From the NCBI GenBank assembly GCA_051530055.1, contig JBMGUZ010000058.1, forward strand, positions 1 through 17,509: 17,509 nt of DNA, in the 5' to 3' direction. The notes under the pieces are model-generated. The model did not search any database. It saw nothing but the letters and a program-made list of their open reading frames with translations, and had not been told where the DNA came from. This DNA comes from Neoechinorhynchus agilis (taxonomy: Eukaryota > Animalia > Acanthocephala). This document shows, one piece after another, positions 12,026 to 17,509 of this stretch. Position numbers and translations under genes: made by a program. Position 1 is the first letter of the stretch; the number at the start of each line of letters is the position of its first letter.

Positions 12026-15000
12026 CTCCTCGCTCTCCTACACTCTCCTCGCTCTCGTACACTCTCCTCGCTCTCGTACACTCGCTTCGCTCTTGTACAC
12101 TCGCCTCGCTCTCCTACACTCGCTTCGCTCTCGTACAATCGCCTCGCTCTCGTACACTCTCCTCGCTCTCCTACACTCGCTTCGCTCTCGTACAATCGCC
12201 TCGCTCTCGTACACTCTCCTCGCTCTCGTACACGCGCTTCGCTCTTGTACACTCGCCTCGCTCTCGTACACTCTCCTCGCTCTCGTACACGCGCTTCGCT
12301 CTTGTACACTCGCCTCGCTCTCGCACACTCGCCTCGCTCTCGTGCACTTGCCTCGCTCTTGTGAACTCGCCTCGCTCTCGTACACTCTCCTCGCTCTCGT
12401 ACTCGCGCTTCGCTCTTGTACACTCGCCTCGCTCTCGTACACTCTCCTGGCTCTCGTAGTCTCCTCGCTCTCGTACACTTGCCTCGCTTTTGTGAACTCG
12501 CCTCGCTCTCGTACACTCGCTTCGCTCTCGTACACTCGCCTCGCTCTCGTACACTCTCCTCGCTCTCGTACACTCTCCTCGCTCTCGTACACGCGCTTCG
12601 CTCTTGTACACTCGCCTCGCTCTCGTACACTCGCCTCGCTCTCGTACACTCGCCTCGCTCTCGTACACTCTCCTCGCTCTCGTACACGCGCTTCGCTCTT
12701 GTACACTCGCCTCGCTCTCGTACACTCTCCTCGCTCTCGTACACGCGCTTCGCTCTTGTACACTCGCCTCGCTCTCGTACACTCGCCTCGCTCTCGTGCA
12801 CTTGCCTCGCTCTTGTGAACTCGCCTCGCTCTCGTACACTCTCCTCGCTCTCGTACTCGCGCTTCGCTCTTGTACACTCGCCTCGCTCTCGTACACTCTC
12901 CTCGCTCTCGTACACTCTCCTCGCTCTCGTACACTCTCCTCGCTCTCGTACACTCGCCTCGCTCTCGTACACTCGCCTCGCTCTCGTACACTCTCCTCGC
13001 TCTCGTACACTCGCCTCGCTCTCGTACACTCGCCTCGCTCTCGTACAGTCTCCTCGCTCTCGTACACTTGCCTCGCTCTTGTGAACTCGCCTCGCTCTCG
13101 TACACTCTCCTCGCTCTCGTACACTCGCCTCGCTCTCGTGCACTTGCCTCGCTCTCGTACACTCTCCTCGGTCTCGTACACTTGCCTCGCTCTTGTACAC
13201 TCTCCTCGCTCTCGTACACGCGCTTCGCTCTTGTACACTCGCCTCGCTCTCGTACACTCGCCTCGCTCTCGTACACTCTCCTCGCTCTCGTACACTCGCC
13301 TCGCTCTTGTACACTCGCCTCGCTCTCGTACACTCTCCTCGCTCTCGTACACTCTCCTCGCTCTCGTGCACTCCCCTCGCTCTCGTACACTCTCCTCGCT
13401 CTCGTGCACTCTCCTCGCTCTCGTGCACTCTCCTCGCTCTCGTACACTCGCCTCGCTCTCGTGCACTTGCCTCGCTCTCGTACACTCTCCTCGCTCTCGT
13501 ACACTTGCCTCGCTCTCGTACACTCGCCTCGCTCTCGTGCACTTGCCTCGCTCTCGTGCACTCCCCTCGCTCTCGTACACTCTCCTCGCTCTCGTACACG
13601 CGCTTCGCTCTTGTACACTCGCCTCGCTCTCGTACACTCGCCTCGCTCTCGTACACTCTCCTCGCTCTCGTACACTCTCCTCGCTCTCGTACACTCGCCT
13701 CGCTCTCGTACACTCGCCTCGCTCTCGTACACTCTCCTCGCTCTCGTACACTCGCCTCGCTCTCGTACACTCTCCTCGCTCTCGTACACTCTCCTCGCTC
13801 TCGTACACTCGCCTCGCTCTCGTACACTCTCCTCGCTCTCGTACACTCTCCTCGCTCTCGTACACTCGCCTCGCTCTCGTGCACTTGCCTCGCTCTCGTA
13901 CACTCTCCTCGCTCTCGTACACTTGCCTCGCTCTTGTGAACTCGCTTCGCTCTCGTACACTCTCCTCGCTCTCGTACACTTGCCTCGCTCTCGTACACTC
14001 TCCTCGCTCTCGTACACTCTCCTCGCTCTCGTACACTTGCCTCGCTCTTGTGAACTCGCTTCGCTCTCGTACACTCTCCTCGCTCTCGTACACTTGCCTC
14101 GCTCTCGTACACTCTCCTCGCTCTCGTACACTTGCCTCGCTCTTGTACACTCTCCTCGCTCTCGTACACTTGCCTCGCTCTTGTGAACTCGCTTCGCTCT
14201 CGTACACTCTCCTCGCTCTCGTACACTCGCCTCGCTCTCGTACACTCTCCTCGCTCTCGTACACTTGCCTCGCTCTTGTGAACTCGCTTCGCTCTCGTAC
14301 ACTCTCCTCGCTCTCGTACACTTGCCTCGCTCTCGTGCACTCCCCTCGCTCTCGTACACTCTCCTCGCTCTCGTACACTCTCCTCGCTCTCGTACACTCG
14401 CCTCGCTCTCGTGCACTTGCCTCGCTATCGTACAGTCTCCTCGCTCTCGTACACTTGCCTCGCTCTTGTGAACTCGCTTCGCTCTCGTACACTCTCCTCG
14501 CTCTCGTACACTTGCCTCGCTCTTGTACACTCTCCTCGCTCTCGTACACTCTCCTCGCTCTCGTACACTTGCCTCGCTCTTGTGAACTCGCTTCGCTCTC
14601 GTACACTCTCCTCGCTCTCGTACACTTGCCTCGCTCTCGTACACTCTCCTCGCTCTCGTACACTCTCCTCGCTCTCGTACACTCGCCTCGCTCTCGTACA
14701 CTCTCCTCGCTCTCGTACACTTGCCTCGCTCTGTGACTCGCCTCGCTCTCGTACACTCTCCTCGCTCTCGTACACTCGCCTCGCTCTTGTACACTCGCTC
14801 GCTCTCGTACTCGCTCGCTCTCGTACACTCGCCTCGCTCTCGTACACTCGCCTCGCTCTCGTACACTCTCCTCGCTCTCGTACACGCGCTTCGCTCTTGT
14901 ACACTCGCCTCGCTCTCGTGCACTCCCCTCGCTCTCGTACACTCTCCTCGCTCTCGTACACTCTCCTCGCTCTCGTACACTCGCCTCGCTCTCGTACACT

Positions 15001-17509
15001 CTCCTCGCTCTCGTACACTCGCTTCGCTCTCGTACACTCGCCTCGCTCTCGTACACGCGCTTCGCTCTTGTACACTCGCCTCGCTCTCGTACACTCGCCT
15101 CGCTCTCGTGCACTTGCCTCGCTCTTGTGAACTCTCCTCGCTCTCGTACACGCGCTTCGCTCTTGTACACTCGCCTCGCTCTCGTACACTCTCCTCGCTC
15201 TCGTACACTCTCCTCGCTCTCGTACACTTGCCTCGCTCTTGTGAACTCGCTTCGCTCTCGTACACTCTCCTCGCTCTCGTACACTTGCCTCGCTCTCGTA
15301 CACTCTCCTCGCTCTCGTACACTCTCCTCGCTCTCGTACACGCGCTTCGCTCTTTTACACTCGCCTCGCTCTCGTACACTCGCCTCGCTCTCGTACACTC
15401 GCCTCGCTCTCGTACACGCGCTTCGCTCTTGTACACTCGCCTCGCTCTCGTACACTCGCCTCGCTCTCGTGCACTTGCCTCGCTCTTGTGAACTCTCCTC
15501 GCTCTCGTACACGCGCTTCGCTCTTGTACACTCGCCTCGCTCTCGTACACTCGCCTCGCTCTCGTACACTTGCCTCGCTCTTGTGAACTCCCCTCGCGTT
15601 CGTACACTCTCCTCGCTCTCCTACACTCGCCTCGCTCTCGTACACTCTCCTCGCTCTCGTACACTCGCCTCGCTCTCGTACACTCCCCTCGCTCTCGTAC
15701 ACTCTCCTCGCTCTCGTGCACTCTCCTCGCTCTCGTACACTCTCCTCGCTCTCGTACACTCGCCTCGCTCTCGTGCACTTGCCTCGCTCTCGTACAGTCT
15801 CCTCGCTCTCGTACACTTGCCTCGCTCTTGTGAACTCGCTTCGCTCTCGTACACTCTCCTCGCTCTCGTACACTTGCCTCGCTCTCGTACACTCTCCTCG
15901 CTCTCGTACACTTGCCTCGCTCTTGTACACTCTCCTCGCTCTCGTACACTCTCCTCGCTCTCGTACACTTGCCTCGCTCTTGTACACTCTCCTCGCTCTC
16001 GTACACTTGCCTCGCTCTTGTGAACTCGCTACGCTCTCGTACACTCTCCTCGCTCTCGTACACTTGCCTCGCTCTCGTGCACTCTCCTCGCTCTCGTACA
16101 CTTGCCTCGCTCTTGTGAACTCGCTTCGCTCTCGTACACTCTCCTCGCTCTCGTACACTTGCCTCGCTCTCGTGCACTCCCCTCGCTCTCGTACACTCTC
16201 CTCGCTCTCGTACACTCTCCTCGCTCTCGTACACTCGCCTCGCTCTCGTACACTCTCCTCGCTCTCGTACACTCTCCTCGCTCTCGTACACTTGCCTCGC
16301 TCTTGTGAACTCGCTTCGCTCTCGTACACTCTCCTCGCTCTCGTACACTTGCCTCGCTCTCGTACACTCTCCTCGCTCTCGTACACTCTCTCGCTCTCGT
16401 ACACTCTCCTCGCTCTCGTACACTCTCCTCGCTCTCGTACACTTGCCTCGCTCTTGTGAACTCGCTTCGCTCTCGTACACTCTCCTCGCTCTCGTACACT
16501 TGCCTCGCTCTCGTACACTCTCCTCGCTCTCGTACACTCTCCTCGCTCTCGTACACTTCTCGCTCTTGTGCACTCGCCTCGCTCTCGTACACTCTCCTCG
16601 CTCTCGTACACGCGCTTCGCTCTTGTACACTCGCCTCGCTCTCGTGCACTCCCCTCGCTCTCGTACACTCTCCTCGCTCTCGTACACTCTCCTCGCTCTC
16701 GTACACTCTCCTCGCTCTCGTACACTCTCCTCGCTCTCGTACACTCTCCTCGCTCTCGTACACTTGCCTCGCTCTTGTGAACTCGCTTCGCTCTCGTACA
16801 CTCTCCTCGCTCTCGTACACTTGCCTCGCTCTCGTACACTCGCCTCGCTCTCGTACACTCTCCTCGCTCTCGTGCACTCTCCTCGCTCTCGTACACTCGC
16901 CTCGCTCTCGTGCACTTGCCTCGCTCTCGTACACTCTCCTCGCTCTCGTGCACTCTCCTCGCTCTCGTACACTTGCCTCGCTCTTGTGAACTCGCCTCGC
17001 TCTCGTACACTCTCCTCGCTCTCGTACACTCGCCTCGCTCTCGTACACTCGCCTCGCTCTCGTGCACCTCTCCCTCGCTCTCGTACACTCGCTCGCTCTC
17101 GTACACTCGCCTCGCTCTCGTACACTCGCCTCGCTCTCGTACACTCGCCTCGCTCTCGTACACTCGCCTCGCTCTCGTACACTCGCCTCGCTCTCGTACA
17201 CTCTCCTCGCTCTCGTACACTCGCCTCGCTCTTGTACACTCGCCTCGCTCTCGTACACTCTCCTCGCTCTCGTACACTCTCCTCGCTCTCGTACACTTGC
17301 CTCGCTCTTGTGAACTCGCTTCGCTCTCGTACACTCTCCTCGCTCTCGTACACTTGCCTCGCTCTCGTACACTCTCCTCGCTCTCGTACACTCGCCTCGC
17401 TCTTGTACACTCGCCTCGCTCTCGTACACTCGCCTCGCTCTCGTACACTCGCCTCGCTCTCGTACACTCGCCTCGCTCTCGTACACTCGCCTCGCTCTCG
17501 TACACTCGC
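12017..17509. repeat. Satellite B: tandem array of a 19-bp monomer, consensus CTCGCTCTCGTACACTC(G/T)C, about 290 copies, truncated at the window end
   Basis: The 19-bp periodicity is directly visible. The GTGAAC variant recurs at exact multiples of 19 (13936, 14050, 14183, 14278, 14468, 14582). The same 19-aa repeat (RERGECTRARRVYESEASV) appears in all three minus frames, as expected for a unit length not divisible by 3. Confidence 0.98.

Noticed and set aside
801-12205. Numerical coincidence that 1197 = 57 x 21 = 63 x 19 and that the B trimer is 57 bp
   Set aside because: This is an arithmetic coincidence. No mechanism links the two periods.
11680-17505. Very long minus-strand ORFs (905, 1809, 1132, 716 aa) of RERGECTRARRVYESEASV repeats, and plus-strand SRTLASLSYT ORFs
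   Set aside because: The 19-bp unit has no stop codon in any minus frame, so all three frames are open and encode the same peptide. There is no frame preference, no unique domain, and frames switch at indels.
12017-17509. Telomeric repeat, G-quadruplex or H-DNA tract
   Set aside because: There are essentially no G3 runs on the purine strand, no match to telomere repeats I recognise, and the purine strand is interrupted by T/C in every unit, so it is not a homopurine mirror repeat.
1-17509. Restriction-site arrays (AatII GACGTC and TaqI TCGA in A; RsaI GTAC in B) as an R-M related system
   Set aside because: These are a by-product of the palindromic monomers, with no associated genes. They are useful only as diagnostic digests (21-bp and 19-bp ladders).

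Overview
The whole window is tandem-repeat (satellite/minisatellite) DNA. It holds two unrelated arrays fused directly at about position 12,016, and both run off the window edges. Array A (1-12016, about 570 copies, about 38% GC) has the 21-bp consensus GATGACGTCATC-AAAAATCTC. Each monomer carries a perfect 12-bp palindrome containing a canonical CRE/ATF site (TGACGTCA) and an A5 tract, spaced at two helical turns, and the monomers are organised into nested higher-order duplications (42/63/105 bp, about 1.2 kb, about 2.4-3.2 kb). Array B (12017-17509, about 290 copies, about 60% GC) has the 19-bp consensus CTCGCTCTCGTACACTC(G/T)C, is strongly pyrimidine-biased on the + strand, and carries GAGAG on the - strand of most monomers. 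All ORFs in the track (up to 1809 aa) are explained by stop-poor repeat units. I support no protein-coding gene, RNA gene, CRISPR array or transposon. The source looks like eukaryotic heterochromatic or subtelomeric satellite, but the organism cannot be assigned from the sequence. The most notable features are the phased bZIP-site array, its near self-complementarity, and the clean satellite-to-satellite junction. Copy numbers and offsets were estimated by eye.
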